64,000 nt of DNA from Lingula anatina (GCA_051362555.1 CM120645.1:20770001-20834000); one strand, 5' to 3'; numbered from the stretch's first letter, positions 48,336-62,748 are shown. Notes: generated from the letters alone by a model not told the origin. Program-made: numbers and translations.

Positions 48336-50257
48336 TGGCACCTAAAGATTTAAAACTGAAAAATGAATTATTTTATTTACTAGTACTTTGCTTGTTGTAC
48401 ACTGTACTATAATTTAGTGGGAAGTACTTTATAAGACCTCTTGCTGTTTATGAACGAGGTTACAATCTTGATTTAATTAAGATGTAAATTTTGATTCAAG
48501 TTATTATGTATTTATTATTGGTGGTTAGGGCTGTGCAATTTATCATTGTAAAATAGTATAGCCACTGACTCTGTGTGTATATTCAACAGTATCTTTGAGT
48601 TTAAATGGGAATTAAATTTTTTGTAAAAAGTTAAAAGAGATAACATAGGCGGGACTGAAAATCAGATGATTTATTATGATTCTGTCCTTTTTGGGTCTGT
48701 TGATGTGAATGATTGGCATCCTCCACAAAGATCCGCAACAAATAAGATGAAAAAGTAGAAAAGTAAAATGATTTAAATCTAAGGGCCAAACGGGTGAGTG
48801 AGTAGGTGTCCAGTTTTAATTTTAGAATTAAAGTTTTCTACAATTCACTGGGACGAGAACTATATATTACTTTGTTTGGTAAGTCCCCACTGTCCTGCCC
48901 CACAACAACACCCACCCCCACACCCTACCTTCCTCTCTCTCTTTAGTCAAATTTTGTTCTAATAGCCTTGATATGAAACACTCTAAAGCATGTAAAAAGA
49001 TAAAATGAAAGTTGTGCATTCAGCCCATTCCCGTTACTAAATGAGTAGAAAGAAACTAATCTGATCCAAGAGGAACAGGAACAAAATGCAATATATATAT
49101 ATATAATATTCACTGGACCAGCTGTGGAGTTTCTTTTATCATTTGCAATTCAAGATGCACACTAAAATGCTTTGGCTCATGGTCAGTTTTTAAAGAAAGC
49201 TTAGATGAGTGTCTCACAGTTATTTGTTTGATAAATGTAACTTGCAAATTACCTATCCAAAGACCATTTGGTGCTGATTTTTCACAGGTGGAATTTCCTT
49301 TTAGATTTAAAAATAAAAACAGTTCTCACCTTTTGTCACAAATCTTATTTTTAGACTAGGGAAAAAAACAGACTAAACCCAAAAAATGTGAGGAACAAGC
49401 AGCCTTTATAATGAATTGTATTTATGTCATGCCCACTTACTAGAGTTGACAGAATGCTGCTGGTAAGATGGATCACCATGTGACGCCTGTTGCCAACAAT
49501 ATTTCATTGAACATGACAGAGCAGACATTGTAATAAATATATGAGGAATGTTATTGATCCTTCATATTGTTTTAAGGTCAAATATGCCATGTTGCTATAC
49601 ACAAGCTATATGTTTATATGGTAATTACTCAGTAAGTTTGAATATCATGGATAAATGATTTTCCCCTTTAAAAATGTTTTGTTAGAGTTGCTTAAAATGC
49701 TGATTTTAAAAGTTTAGAACAGTAGGTTGGCTTAATATCAGAAGGAATATGGTAAATCTTCCAAAAAAACAGAACTTTAGAGAAAGTGAGCTGTTTTAAA
49801 GTTTGGAATAAATGATGTATCTACATTGTGCTCTGCGTAGTGTGATGCTCCTACATGTTGTTAGAGCCGTCTTCCCTTGGGTCAAATTCTCTTTCCCTAA
49901 TATGGCATGCTAACTCTCATTTTGATGCAATGAAAAAAGAAGAAAAGATTTTTTGCACACCGTTGAGAATTGTTCTTCTTGCAGTGTATATGACTTTGAT
50001 TTCTGTCTGATGCAATGTAGTCAACTTTCCTTTACCACGTGAGCATTAATAATTGATCTAATGTTGGATCTTGCTCTCTTTCTACCCAAGCTGCCATCAT
50101 TGTATTGTAAGGAATCGGAATTTATCATAACTACATCCTAGTTGCAATTTTAGTTTGTTTGATTGATTGATTTAATGGTGGATATTTCAGCCTGTTGTAC
50201 ATGTACATTCCAAGTTACTTAGAGCACTAGTAGTTAGGATCTATCCTTTTAGTTTAA

Positions 50258-50557
50258 AGGGATAATAACTTCTCGTATGAGATCTATATTTCACAATAAA
50301 AACATTGTGAACTCACAGAAATATAATACATTCTGTTTTAACACAAAAATGGCAGTTATAGCTATTATTCTTATATCTGAGTTAGTCTCTAGACCAGGTG
50401 ACCTCCATTGACAGCTAAACAAACTTTTTAGAAAAAAAAAACAAGGGACGAACTTTGAATGTAAAAATGGATTCATTAACCATTGGTAATTATGGGGAAA
50501 TTGTTATTCACTCCAGGAAAATTAATTTTTTGGCCGAAACGAAGAGTTATTATTCCT
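50258..50557. mobile_element. Kolobok-like MITE, copy 4
   Basis: Same TIRs and TTAA flanks; small internal deletion. Confidence 0.8.
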
Positions 50558-52206
50558 TTAACATTGGCAATCATTAGCATTAAAGAGACAACACGTAAAA
50601 TTTATAGTTCAGATCATCCTATTCATGTATGAAGTAACATGGAAGTAGGGGCATGTACATCCTTTTCTGATAATGGAATATCTGCACAAATTTAAGAAAT
50701 GTGTTTTCTTTTGAAATGGAGAGAAAACGTGAGAAAACCATGTAACCATTCAGCAGGTTAAAGCCAAGTGAAGATTTAAAAAAATCTTAGAAGCTTTTGT
50801 TTATCTGGAGGTGGTCCATAGTTGATAGTTATTTTAAATCTTAATTCCATTTAACTCGGTTAATTATGAGTACTGATTTGGTCATATTTATTATGCGTTC
50901 AATATTTTAAAACTATGCTATTCCGGTACTAAAAAATCTTATTAGCCTTAGTCTGTTATGTGGGTAAATGTTTTTTGTAAAATTTTGTTAAAAGAAACAG
51001 CCAGTATCATGCAAATTCCAAGAGACACTTTGATTTAAATTTTAGTTTATGTTTACTGCTTGTTGAGCTGTTGTATAGCCTGGGATCTAGTAGAGTTTAG
51101 ATTCAACTTCTTATATAATATGGAACTTTATTCTTTATATTCTTTTTATGGTAGGATGATTATTGATGCCAAAATAACAAAAAAAGTATATGCCATTTAT
51201 TGAAGATTCATACATGTAATCATTTATTTATATTTATTCGTTTATTATTATTATTATTATTATGTCCATGCTATGTCAAACATCGTTAGATAAATTTCTT
51301 ACCATGTTGCTAATAAATAAATTTAAAAAGGGGAATGCAATTTTAGTTTATGTTTGCGGTATTCTGGCTTCATATCATATTGCCCTTTGTGTTTATTAAC
51401 CATGGGGTTTTTATTGCAAATGCCAATTAACGACTTAAACCGCGATTTCTATCTTGGATCTTAGTTTATAGGGAGTGCCTACAAAGCCCGGGGGGGGGGG
51501 GGGGTCACACAAGACGGTTCGGCCATCTTGCTGATAAGAAATGGGCATTGGCAAGAAGTACACGTAGACTTCCAAGGCAGATGGTGGTGTATTTATTTTA
51601 CTCCATGTTTGAAATCTATTCAAATAAAACATTCCTTGCTACTAAAACCAGTTCATATTGTACAAACAGTGACTATTAAACTAATGAAATTGATGATAAA
51701 AAATTATGAAATTGATAATAAATCGAACAGCTGGGCAATTTGTATTGGCACCATCTTTTATTTACTTAACACTCCACTACACGTTTAGGTCCTAATTTCA
51801 GATGTAGAAGAAACTTCTTAATTAAATGTTTCAGATTTTAATCCTTTAAATAATCAGTTGAAAAGTTGAAAATTGACAAGGATCTACGACTCCTCCACCA
51901 CTATGACAGGTTCTCACAACATTCCGGGGCCAGTTTTATCAGTAAGCTCTACCTTGTCTTTGACCACGACATTGAGAATATAGAACATTTTTGTTACATT
52001 GAAAAAAACACTGGACATGGTACAGAGTTGGGGTTCAGTAGCTGGGTTTTTCCTCGGTAAGAGAAGAAAGCACGTAGGGTTTTACTGTAACAGTGGGGAT
52101 AGCGGGGATGGAACCTCACCTGGCCCTGCTTTTCGGTTTTAGCTGTCTGCAAATAATAATGATTCTTTTGGAAGCTGGAAAATTATTTCAGTTACTGGGA
52201 ATAACC

Positions 52207-52245
<39 letters not shown>

Positions 52246-52684
52246 TTGTATTAAGGTCTTAAACATGTTGTTTGTCTTAACAGAACAAAATTTTGGTATA
52301 TGCCTATTAAAATTTAGGATGAACTCGTAACAGTCCACTAATCTAAAGGAGTTACATATAGGCTATTAATCTTAAACAAAATAAACTTCTCTCTTTACCC
52401 TAGACTTATGGCTTCTGTCCTAGGTGACCCGTGATGCACCCCACCAGGTGAATCACATCGCTCTCCACACCAGGAGTAATAACACAAATGTTGGCTTTGG
52501 TTATCTCTGTTTGCTGATGCTTTCTGACATTTATACGAGCAAGATGTAATAACACTTCATTTCTAAAAAAACACGATTCAGACACAAGAAGTTCAGAATT
52601 AATTATCAGAAGTATCTTGCAGCCCCTTAGAGATCGAAGACGGGTATTCAGAGGAAGAGTTTGCGAAAAAAAAAAGAAAAAAAG

Positions 52685-52802
52685 TTCATGTACCCTGGAT
52701 GCTCTTCTTTATATTACTTTAATTCATTAACCGTAACCTCTTCATGTACTTAGCTTGGATGCTCTTCTTTATATTACTTTTATTTATTAACCGTAACCTC
52801 TT
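52685..52802. repeat. About 58-bp tandem duplication
   Basis: TGGATGCTCTTCTTTATATTACTTTTA..ATTAACCGTAACCTC occurs twice. Confidence 0.8.
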
Positions 52803-54486
52803 TTCGAATGATAAGAATAGAGGGGTTCTCTCGTTCTCTCAGAGCCACGTTAGAAAAGAAGAAACATTCATCCACCCCAAAAAAGGAATAAATTTTCCTC
52901 GTCTACTGTTTATATTTCATCCAGGTAATTTTGCCCCCCCCCCCCCCCCCCCCCCCCCCACCTTAACAAACTCCTGGATCTACCAATACTGAATTCAACA
53001 CATCGTAGTTACGTACTGTATAGAGGATTTATATTAGCATCATTTGTTCTAAATACATTTTACCTGCCTTCTCACAATCGCTTGAAGTGCATGGGAACAC
53101 ATACTCATCAATCATCAAATGTTTACAGAAACCACAGGCGTTTTTTCCACGCCAACCAGAAGATTCAGGTCGAGATCACGTGAGGTAAATCTAGGACTGG
53201 AAATAAACTTCGTGACGTCACCAGACGACCGGAGGCAGGTCTTTCAAAATAACTTGGGTCCGACTATAAATCTCGAATTGTAGACCAAAGTATATATCTG
53301 ATTTTGACCACGCTACTTCAATAGTAGGCAACTTCAATGTTGGTCTGAAATATTTGAGGTGACTTTCTTATCGTAAAAAACAGCCGTGTATTTCATTAAA
53401 CTGGACAGCCACTAAAAATATATTAGGTCAAAGTGGGCTAAAATCTTGGGCTATAAGTTTAGACCAATTCTCGGACTTGTTGTTTTGTAAAACAGTCCCG
53501 AGAAGAATAAGAAACAACAAAGCACCATGACGGCCCGAGTAATGAATTAGAAGATAGGCGTTCGCCTGCCTCCGCTGCCTTGAGGAAGTAGGGTGATTTA
53601 CGAGGGACCAGAATGCGCATATGTTCCACGAGGCAGTTATAGAGTGAAAGATGAAAAACTATATTATGGAAGTACTACTGTCAATAACGACGACCGTCTG
53701 TGTATTGCGCTTACAACATGCCTCTTTGAGCCGCTCTATACCACCGTTTTCTGAATAGAAAACCTTTTATACCGACATTGATATTCAAAGACAGTCTTAT
53801 TTTAAACACCATTTTATTTAGTGTGTACGTGTTTATTTTAAACCGTTAAAAGTCATACACTGTGCCTATAATCTTCTCTTTTTAAAACCTTAACCATTCG
53901 ACTGAACATAAATATAGATACATACATGTAAACAGGAATGCTTGAACAATGTGCAACGTCTTAGTATCAGACAATTAAAGAAGATAATTTTTAATATCCA
54001 AAACACCACCTAAAAAGTTTAATTAAAAGGAGAGAGTGTGCTTCTGTTATGAAGCTCATTGTTCATAAATAAATAAATAGAATCAAAATAGGAGATTAAT
54101 ATAAAATTTTAAAATGGTCCTGTTCGTTGACAAATGCCTGAATGCGGTTGTGATAAAATGTGACGTAAAACATTCAAGTCTCGTGTTGTTAAAAAACAGT
54201 ATTCATAGTCAGCACACGATGAGATGGCTAAAATAATAGCAGCCTGGACAGCTGCTCTCTGTTTCATCATATGTACTGGCAGTTATTTAAAAAAACTAAA
54301 AACTAATTTTCCTTCTTTTGATTTTCAGATCCGATGCACGCCGCCTTCTGAATTTTTTAATTTTCCCGCTTATCGCATAACTTAATTGTTTTATTTATAT
54401 GTGTTAGGAAACTCCGAGAGATTGAAGACGCATGTATCAAAAATGAACCATCTGGTAGGCCCTACTTTTAAAAAAAAGGAGAACCG

Positions 54487-56865
54487 TTATTTCCCCTGCT
54501 CTACTTGTGGTACTTTAGTCCTAACTTTATTGATGATATCATGGGTGTTATAAGCAATCTTCGCCAGTGTCTCCATGGAGGCCAAATTCGTCGCCTGAGA
54601 ACCAAGGCACATCTTGTAACGAGCGGCATCTAGTGTCGTATCGCAGTAAACGGGGTGAAATACATGGATCAGACCCGGGTCGACGGCTCTGAAGATTGTC
54701 AAATTACTGCCAATGGCTTTGTCGAAAAGATCCACATCCTCCATTCCCCAGCCTCGTATTGATTTATCAAAACCGCCTAGTTTGATGAAGTCACTTTTGT
54801 ACATGCTTACGATGCCATAACCAAAATGCCTCCATTGCCCCACAGCTTGAGTTATCAAAAATGGGTTCCTTATACAAGACTCATGTTTACACACCATAAT
54901 TGGATCGTACTGACTAAAAACAATAGGAAAGTGAAGCTGCTGGCCGCGTATTGTGTTCTTGCGTATTCTGTGTAAAGCAGCCATGTTGAAAACGAGATCA
55001 ACGTCGATGAAGAAGAGAAGCGCATGTGAGCTGTACAACATCGTGCCTTGTTCAAGCGCGACTCCTCGAGAGAAAACGTCGTCGTTGTGAATAACTCTGA
55101 GATCATACGAAGGATATTTCGTCTTTAATTTACTCATTACATCGTCAACTTCGCTCTGACTACCTTCATTTGGACTTACGAAGTTGATAACCACCAGTTT
55201 CACGTCCTCGCCATTTTGTAAACACGTGGTTTCAAAATTGGCCATGAAACGTTGGAAAACTTTGATCCTTCCAAAAAGTGGCAAAATAAAGTGGATTGTA
55301 TTGCTGCTCTGATGCGTATGCTGATGACCCGATTCCTCGGCAGAAAAATACGTCAGACTGCCGACTTTGATTTGGTTCCACATTTTCTGAAACAATGTTT
55401 GTGATTTCGACGGCGGTGTAGCGTCTGTAGACGTTTCTATTTCACCTTCGTCGAGGAATTCCGTTTCAGTAAACATCTGCTGAACGTACGTGTGCTTTCG
55501 CACTCGAACAGCCGCATTTCCTTTTCTCTTATACTTCAATAACAAATCTAAAACATACTCCGCGCCGTGAAGGGGATTGCACCGTTGGTATCCATATAAA
55601 ATCTCCTGGTATTGAAACGTGCTATCTCTCTTGTAATCATATTTATTCAAAGACAACATGATTTGCCTGATGACATCTCTTAAGCCCGACTTCTGAGCCC
55701 CGCTGAGGCCGACATTTGGATTGGAGTTGGCGGGAGAGTTCATTGTTCGACCAGATTCTTGTTGACTTTTTGATAAAAATTCCCAGATTAAGGCTTCCTC
55801 GCTTTTCTTCGGCCTGAATTTAACAAGGGAAGGCGGCAGAGCATATTTGTTGGAGTTTATCTGTATTCTAGGGTTAATAACGTGCGACATCCGTCTGACT
55901 TCTCTCTGTAACAAAAGTAATTTGTGTCTGAGTTCGGATAGAGTCGCTGATTCCACAAAACTGTGCAAGCGATACAAATACGGCGGTTCCTTTAGGGGAT
56001 GCAAAGTAATGGCGCGCGAGATCCAATTTGTTCGCAGATCATGCGTGAAAGGTCCCGTCTTATCTTCGTAGTTTTGATGGAACAACGTGGCCGTGTCGTA
56101 AGCCCACGTGCACGGTATTTTAACGAAGGTTTGCACGCAACGGCCCAACTCGAGGTCGTCCCAGTTGGTGTAGATGTTCTTGATGCAGAATGAGATGTGT
56201 GGTACAAGACGGCGTAGTGTTTCACGACTCATTAGTACCCCGGGTCCTCCCATGCAGAAGTTCTGCAATGGGCTCAGGTTCAATTTCCCAATTTCCTCCT
56301 TTTTTCCCTGCCCCGGCTGCCCTATGAATTGAGGCTTGGAGCTATTGACTGAGCGCAAGAAATTGGCGAGTTTGTCTCCTTTTACGTAAACATCATCATC
56401 AGCTCTCATGAACCACTCGTATTTGTCGATGTAATGATCGTGCATGTACTTCAACATCAAGAATGCCTTTTTCATGGGAGGGTATTCGTCGTCCACGCCC
56501 GGTAAACTGACAATAGGAATGTTATAATTACTATGAGAATGTTCGCTTGAAAAGTACATGATCTTCCCGGGTACGGTGTGTGCCCAAGTTCTATGCACGG
56601 CTACAACTCGGGTGTCCAAATACTTTTTGGCAGTCATAACACCTACGAACAGTGTAGCTTTCTCATCCGCTTTTTTCCGGTGATTAATCAAACCGCGTTG
56701 CTGTATCGGTGCTCCGTTTGCCATCACGGCTTTACAATGGCTCTCCTGTTGTTGCTGCTGTTGCTGAATGGACACAACAAAAAGATAACCGATTAAAAAA
56801 CCAGCGAGGGCCCCGATAGCGGTCTGCCAGATTTTACCACAATGTCTGTTCGCGCGTTGCCCCAT
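54487..56865 (-). CDS. CHSY1: Chondroitin sulfate synthase 1-like bifunctional glycosyltransferase, intronless CDS, about 792 aa
   Basis: N-terminal signal anchor followed by polyQ; LFVGVMTA, YEWFMRADDDVY, NFCMGGPG, ITLHP, PLHGAEYVLDL, IHFILPL, FSRGVAL, FFIDVD, FPIVFSQY, GWGMEDVDL, LIHVFHPVYC. First ATG is at 56865 (the ORF track opens upstream at a TTG). Confidence 0.93.
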   Translation of the reverse strand: MGQRANRHCGKIWQTAIGALAGFLIGYLFVVSIQQQQQQQESHCKAVMANGAPIQQRGLINHRKKADEKATLFVGVMTAKKYLDTRVVAVHRTWAHTVPGKIMYFSSEHSHSNYNIPIVSLPGVDDEYPPMKKAFLMLKYMHDHYIDKYEWFMRADDDVYVKGDKLANFLRSVNSSKPQFIGQPGQGKKEEIGKLNLSPLQNFCMGGPGVLMSRETLRRLVPHISFCIKNIYTNWDDLELGRCVQTFVKIPCTWAYDTATLFHQNYEDKTGPFTHDLRTNWISRAITLHPLKEPPYLYRLHSFVESATLSELRHKLLLLQREVRRMSHVINPRIQINSNKYALPPSLVKFRPKKSEEALIWEFLSKSQQESGRTMNSPANSNPNVGLSGAQKSGLRDVIRQIMLSLNKYDYKRDSTFQYQEILYGYQRCNPLHGAEYVLDLLLKYKRKGNAAVRVRKHTYVQQMFTETEFLDEGEIETSTDATPPSKSQTLFQKMWNQIKVGSLTYFSAEESGHQHTHQSSNTIHFILPLFGRIKVFQRFMANFETTCLQNGEDVKLVVINFVSPNEGSQSEVDDVMSKLKTKYPSYDLRVIHNDDVFSRGVALEQGTMLYSSHALLFFIDVDLVFNMAALHRIRKNTIRGQQLHFPIVFSQYDPIMVCKHESCIRNPFLITQAVGQWRHFGYGIVSMYKSDFIKLGGFDKSIRGWGMEDVDLFDKAIGSNLTIFRAVDPGLIHVFHPVYCDTTLDAARYKMCLGSQATNLASMETLAKIAYNTHDIINKVRTKVPQVEQGK

Positions 56866-59075
56866 AGTAGAGAATATGATGGTATCGTCTGTTAGCAATT
56901 ACTTCCAACACTTTGCACTACATGGTGTGTTTTTTCTCTCTCTCTCTTCAATGATTCAGTATATTACGCAAACAACGAGGCAGATAGGCCTACTTCTAAT
57001 TGGTGTCCAACTCGTTGCATTACAGGCCTACGTGTCATCTTCTCATGTCCATACCCTTGGCTATCATATCTCATGATCTTTATCCAACCTAATTCTATCC
57101 GATAAAACCATGAAACATATTGATATTTCCCGTGGATAAGATATCAACGTCACTGACCGAACGGCGTGTAAGAATAGATCGTCCTTGCTAACGTTTATCT
57201 CTTCGTAGGTTATTGTACACGTTGTAATAACAATAAATATGGCCTGCGTATATATTATTCCTGCTGACGGGGGATTCTCCAGATGTTTCCTGGCCAGAGA
57301 CAGTTATAACCTGGTTCGTTTGTTACTGCTTATACGTCACTCCCTTGAGTTCCGCTCACTTTTCAGTTAATCCCTTCGGTGAAATATTCACAGCTCGTTA
57401 AAAAAAAACGCGTTTCTCTCATTGAGTATAGTAGTAAGTGTCAGTCTTGCTTTCAACGAAGCCCTGATACAAATCCACAGGAAGAAATTGCTCTGTTTGG
57501 TAAATAAATTTGCACCCAGTCTTGTGTTTTCCTACCCTGATTTACACTATATAGAGTAGGAGCCTGAACTGGCAAATACCGCTCAACGCTAAGATGTGAA
57601 AGTTTCAGTGGGCAACTGGCCAGACTTGTTGATCATTCCCTTTAGATAGTTCGTCGGTAACTTCCATATCCGTCTGTAGGTGTCCATAATAAGCTAACAG
57701 CACCACTTAGATAGTTCTATCTCTGCGCAGAAGGGGGAAATGCTGACCCCTTTGCTCTGGAAATCTGGAACGCTGGAGAGTCTGTTAACTGATATTCATC
57801 GCCACAGCGGGTCGGGTCCTTAACGAACAACACGTGTTTGGTCAGTAAGTGGGCTGATTGACCGGCCGGCGTATCAAGGCAACAGAGAAGCTGTAGAGTT
57901 ACCCGGGTTGATCAGTACTTACTACACAAGCGTGGCGTGACAAAAACACCCGTGCTCCGACTGTAGCGCGCAAGCGCGCTGATTGCAAAAGAAACCTGCC
58001 GACTTCCGACTTGATAAGTGATCCTGGTCATCTTAAAATCAGTAAAATACGATATATTGTATTCAAGAATATCTGTAGAAATCAGAATTTTATAAAGGAT
58101 GGGTTGCTTTGTGAGACTACATCTTTTAGGGCGAGATAACAAAGTTTTCATTCTTGGTCCTGGCAAACTACCGGAAAAACGCCTTTAACAAAGTAATTCA
58201 GTTCACTAATAATTCATTTCGCCAAGTGGTTTGGCCGTTTGAATAGCGGCTCAGAAACAAAGGGATCTTTTATTCTCAATTTCATCAGTGTTAAAATTCA
58301 TATGGCTTGGTTCACACAGCGGCTTGTTTGCTTACCCACATTACGATCTCAGAGAGCTATTGGGGGGGGGGGGGTGACAGGTTAATTTTTTATCAAAACT
58401 GTGCTTGTAAAAGTGATAAAAACTGGGTAGAATATTTTACCTTCCGTATAAACGTATATAGAGATGATTTTCCCTTTTACCTTCAGTGCAGTAACCCAGC
58501 CTGCCTGAGCATAATGTTTTTATGATTTGTTTTTAGAAGCCTTTCATTAGTAGTATTTATTTCACAGATAAACAATTTATAACACTATATACTAGTATAT
58601 ATAATGTGCGAGCAGAGCAAATTCTTCTCAGAAATAGTGGATCTGGAAAGATGGCTTTATTTACACTAGGAAAATATAATATTAAACTGTAATAAATATT
58701 TAGAAAATGTAACAAGCAGTATTAATACATGAACATTTATATAACAAAAATTGCCATTCTTAACTAATTTTAACAATACTTAGTCTATTTTTTGAAGTCT
58801 GTATAACTCGTGAGCCGTCTTACGTACAAGTAGCAGATCTTCTGCTCCCCAAAAGCCCATAAAGATTCAAAATTCATATTTATGAATAGCCAATATAAAC
58901 TGTACTACATGACATAAACAGGTTATCAAAGAATGTGAAGTGCATGCATAAATTTGAATCCCTACTGGATTTTGAAAATCTACAATGAGTTTTTTTTTTA
59001 CAATCTACATCACCAACCAACCCCCCTGCTTCATGCACGTAGGGCCTACTCAGTGAACTCGAAGTAAATACAAAA

Positions 59076-59225
59076 TACCATACAATATGATACGATAAGA
59101 TGCGACAATACAATACAATACAATACAATTAAATACAATACAATGCAATGCAGTGCAGTGCAGTACAGTACAATACAATACAATGCAATACAATACAATA
59201 CAATACAATGCAATACAATACATAG
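59076..59225. repeat. (AATAC)n / (AGTGC)n pentanucleotide repeat
   Basis: Directly visible. Confidence 0.9.
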
Positions 59226-59810
59226 TGAAAATGAAATGTCTTGTTTGGGTAAATCTCAGTTTTAAAAAAAATCACATCCCAGATGTCAAAATATCAAGAC
59301 GCGAAACACCAAGCGCAGCAGTAATATTTGCTCAGCGGAATTTCACACCTCCTCGTAAGACGGCCGCCACACTCTATTTGTTGAATAAGGCAGCACACTC
59401 GCCAGCAAATGTTATCCAAATAAAACAAATGCTTGCATATTTGCGAGTTGAGGTGATATATTTAGTCTAAGGTTTAGTAGGCCAATTAATGGTCTTTAAA
59501 GCGGTGGCATTTTGTTAAGAGCTTGAACGCTGAATTACACCACGCTTTGGCCTAGCTATAGGCGAACAACGCCTGGCGGATGCCACTGTAGTTTAAGTCA
59601 GTTGTCTGGGTGATTAAGCAAATAATTAAGTAATGCACTGGCAGGGATTTGCTGAGGGGGTGGGGGTGAGGGTGGGGGTGGGGGTGAGGGAGTGGGCATT
59701 GAATTTTTTTAATAATAATATAATATAGCAAACGATTCAGCCTGGTTTCCCTCGTTATACCCGTTTCTTTGCTTTCTTCTTTCTTTTTTCCTTTTTGGTG
59801 TGTTTATGTC

Positions 59811-59849
<39 letters not shown>

Positions 59850-60199
59850 GGGGGGGGGGGAGAGAAGCAGCTTTTACCACCAAAACTTACGGAGCCCCCT
59901 CCCCCTTTTTCCTACATTGAAGTAGTCTGAATGGTTTTGACAATACCGAAACAAAGCTGTCTTGGTGGATAGGGCTGTCCTCTCGCGTCATCACAGCCTT
60001 GGAATCATAAACTCCTAAACAACATCTTAGATATTTATACAAAATAATCAGGTATCTTTTGAAAGGGCTTGGTGTCTGTGTTTTGTTACGCAAGTTGTGC
60101 TTATACCATAGCAGAGATAGTAACTAGAAATAACAACTTTTCTTTATCTAATTCTCCGCTGACTTCGTGTCCAAATACTGATCACTCCAAAAAATTAAA

Positions 60200-60329
<130 letters not shown>

Positions 60330-61575
60330 AGTATTCGTTACTGTGTGTGATGTGATTTGATGAAAGAGCAAAACACAAAGGATGCATTGCCTGACTGATG
60401 GAATTTTTAATGAGAGATTGGTCGGCCTGAATAATGTAGTTCGAATAAAACCTTGCGTCACCCTCCTTATCAGCGTTCACACTGATTCTTTTGACAGCTT
60501 TATGATATTTCAGCCCGTAAACCGGTAAATCATATTCAAACTGTCAAAAAGGTTATGGCATACGTGATAATGATATAACATCATGAAGGTCTATGTAAAA
60601 AAGAGCTTAGATGTCGAGAATGGATAAGACGCATTGACCTATGCCCAACAATCTCAAAAAAATCTTAAGGCAGTTCTACCGTGTTAAACCTGTACCGACC
60701 TGTTTGCGTTTCACTTAGCATCTTCAGGGCGTTTACCTCGTTTTCTTTTCTTTTCTTTTTTTTTAAACTAACCTTATTGAGCGAATTGTACTAGTCGTGA
60801 CGAAGATTTTTACCTTCAGTAGTGAAACTAGCCTACTAACTATCGTGTCGAATACAATGCATGTATTGGGGTGGGAGCAGTCGACGTAATTTAGTCGACT
60901 TTGTGTGGTGGAAGAATTTGCGGCGATTTTGCTATATGCCAAGAAGGTGCGCCACGTATCAGTACACGTGTTTCTGATTTCAGCTTGAAGATCATAATGA
61001 TTTTCCAAGTTTGGAAAAACAAAAAACCCTCGAAGAAAAATCTTCTTCTCGCCAAATCTTTATCTTATTTGTGAAGCAGCTTATCCGTCGATCAAGTATG
61101 TCAAATTTAGTTTTAAAATGTAGTTTTTTATACCAATATTCTTTGAAAATTGTTTTCGTTCTTTATCACGAGGTCTTGGTCTTTTATAAAAAGCGTGCTA
61201 GTACCAAATTTCGACATTATTCTTACCATTCTCATTAGCACTGTCGTCATCGTCATCATTATAATTTTCATTTTTATTTATCATTCAGGCTAATGTAAAA
61301 AATTAGTAAAATAGTGCGTTTGGTGTGGTGCATGGCGTTGTCGCAATAACAGCCAAAATCAATTCTCATCTACCGCAACAGACATGACAACAGGACGATG
61401 TTCGTTGCGACTGCAGCGGCTTTCTAGTTGTTGGTTGATAAATCTATCCTAGCTCCCGCAAACCAAGGCAATTAATGGTCTTTAAAGTATAAAGTATATC
61501 CCGGTGCCCTTTATATTATAAGAGAATTGTCTTCGTCTACAGTTTTATGTCTGCCGAGCAAAGTGAGGTAATATA

Positions 61576-61753
61576 CAGGCCCGTAGCCAGAAATTTCAAA
61601 AGGAGGGTTCTTTTTCTGAAAAAGTGGACCTTTTACCATGAAACTTTCATATACCTTAATTAAATTTCACCCAGAGGGGTCCTTTTCCTTGCAAAAAGCG
61701 GGGCTCTTTCGAACCCCCCGAGCCCCCCCCCTCCCCCCCCGGCTACGGGCCTG
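61576..61753. mobile_element. MITE with 13-bp TIR CAGGCCCGTAGCC
   Basis: Perfect TIRs, ATATA on both flanks; degenerate copy at 10736-10867. Confidence 0.8.
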
Positions 61754-61850
61754 ATATATTAAAATCTCTATCCCCCTCCACCATAGCAAAATCCAGGATC
61801 TGCCACTGCTCTCACAGATAATACGCGTTAAACGAGGTATAATACACCAT

Positions 61851-62018
61851 CAGGAGCGCATCTAGAGATATTTTCTGACAGTATTCCAAATTATCTTTGT
61901 TGATCCATCCTCCACTTTTCATGGTCTTCCAACAGAAAAAAATAGATATCCGTCAATGTAAACTTTAAAATCTGACCGTCTTCCAGAAAACCCAGAAGAC
62001 GGTCTCAATCCGCCCCTG
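61851..62018. mobile_element. MITE with CAGGAGCG..ATC / ATCCGCCCCTG ends; also embedded in B2 (17198-17361) and B3 (about 46842-46997)
   Basis: Imperfect TIRs, ACCAT direct repeat on the flanks; the copies in family B are flanked by CAATAA. Confidence 0.72.
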
Positions 62019-62748
62019 ACCATGGTTAAAACATGCATGAAATATTACCATTGAAGATGACAGGTGAATTTATTTCAGTCTGCATCTATATCCTTCCCCA
62101 CAATTACTTTTACTTTTATATACACACAGTGCACATCATCAACAAGTAGGCCTATTATTTCTCGGAGAGTAGGTAATAAGTTTTTTACGCCTAGGCGGGT
62201 CGATGAGTGCAGACAAAGGCTTACGAAAAAATGGGTCATTTCAAAACGGGTCGTTTCGCAAGAGTTGTCCTTAGATTTAAGTCCGCAAGTTTTTAAGTTT
62301 ACTGTGGGGTAAGATGAATCGTTAGCTGTCCAATTTTAATTGTAAATATCTTTCCTGTTTTGTTAAAATGAAATAAATGCCTATACTTTAGATTCATTGT
62401 AACTATATCACTGTGGACTACAGTGGAAACATGCATTCTAAATTATAGCACACCAAAAATTCAGTTTGGAATTTTGACCAACTTTTTGTCTCACATTGTA
62501 AGTTATTTTAAACCGGGACCTGAACTTCATGGCCAAAAGCGTACGCCCAGTTAGCCTTTTCATTCTCTGAATCAAAGCACGAAGGTCAATGGGCGTGTGA
62601 AACACGAGGAAAAAGTGACACTCGGCGTCATCTAAGCAGCATGAAGCTTTTTAGATTAAAATGGAACATTTTTTTTATAAAATGCACCAAAGCAAACGCA
62701 GTCCAATCGGTGGATGTAGAATAAATTCAGTCCAGTTAACGAGAGAAC

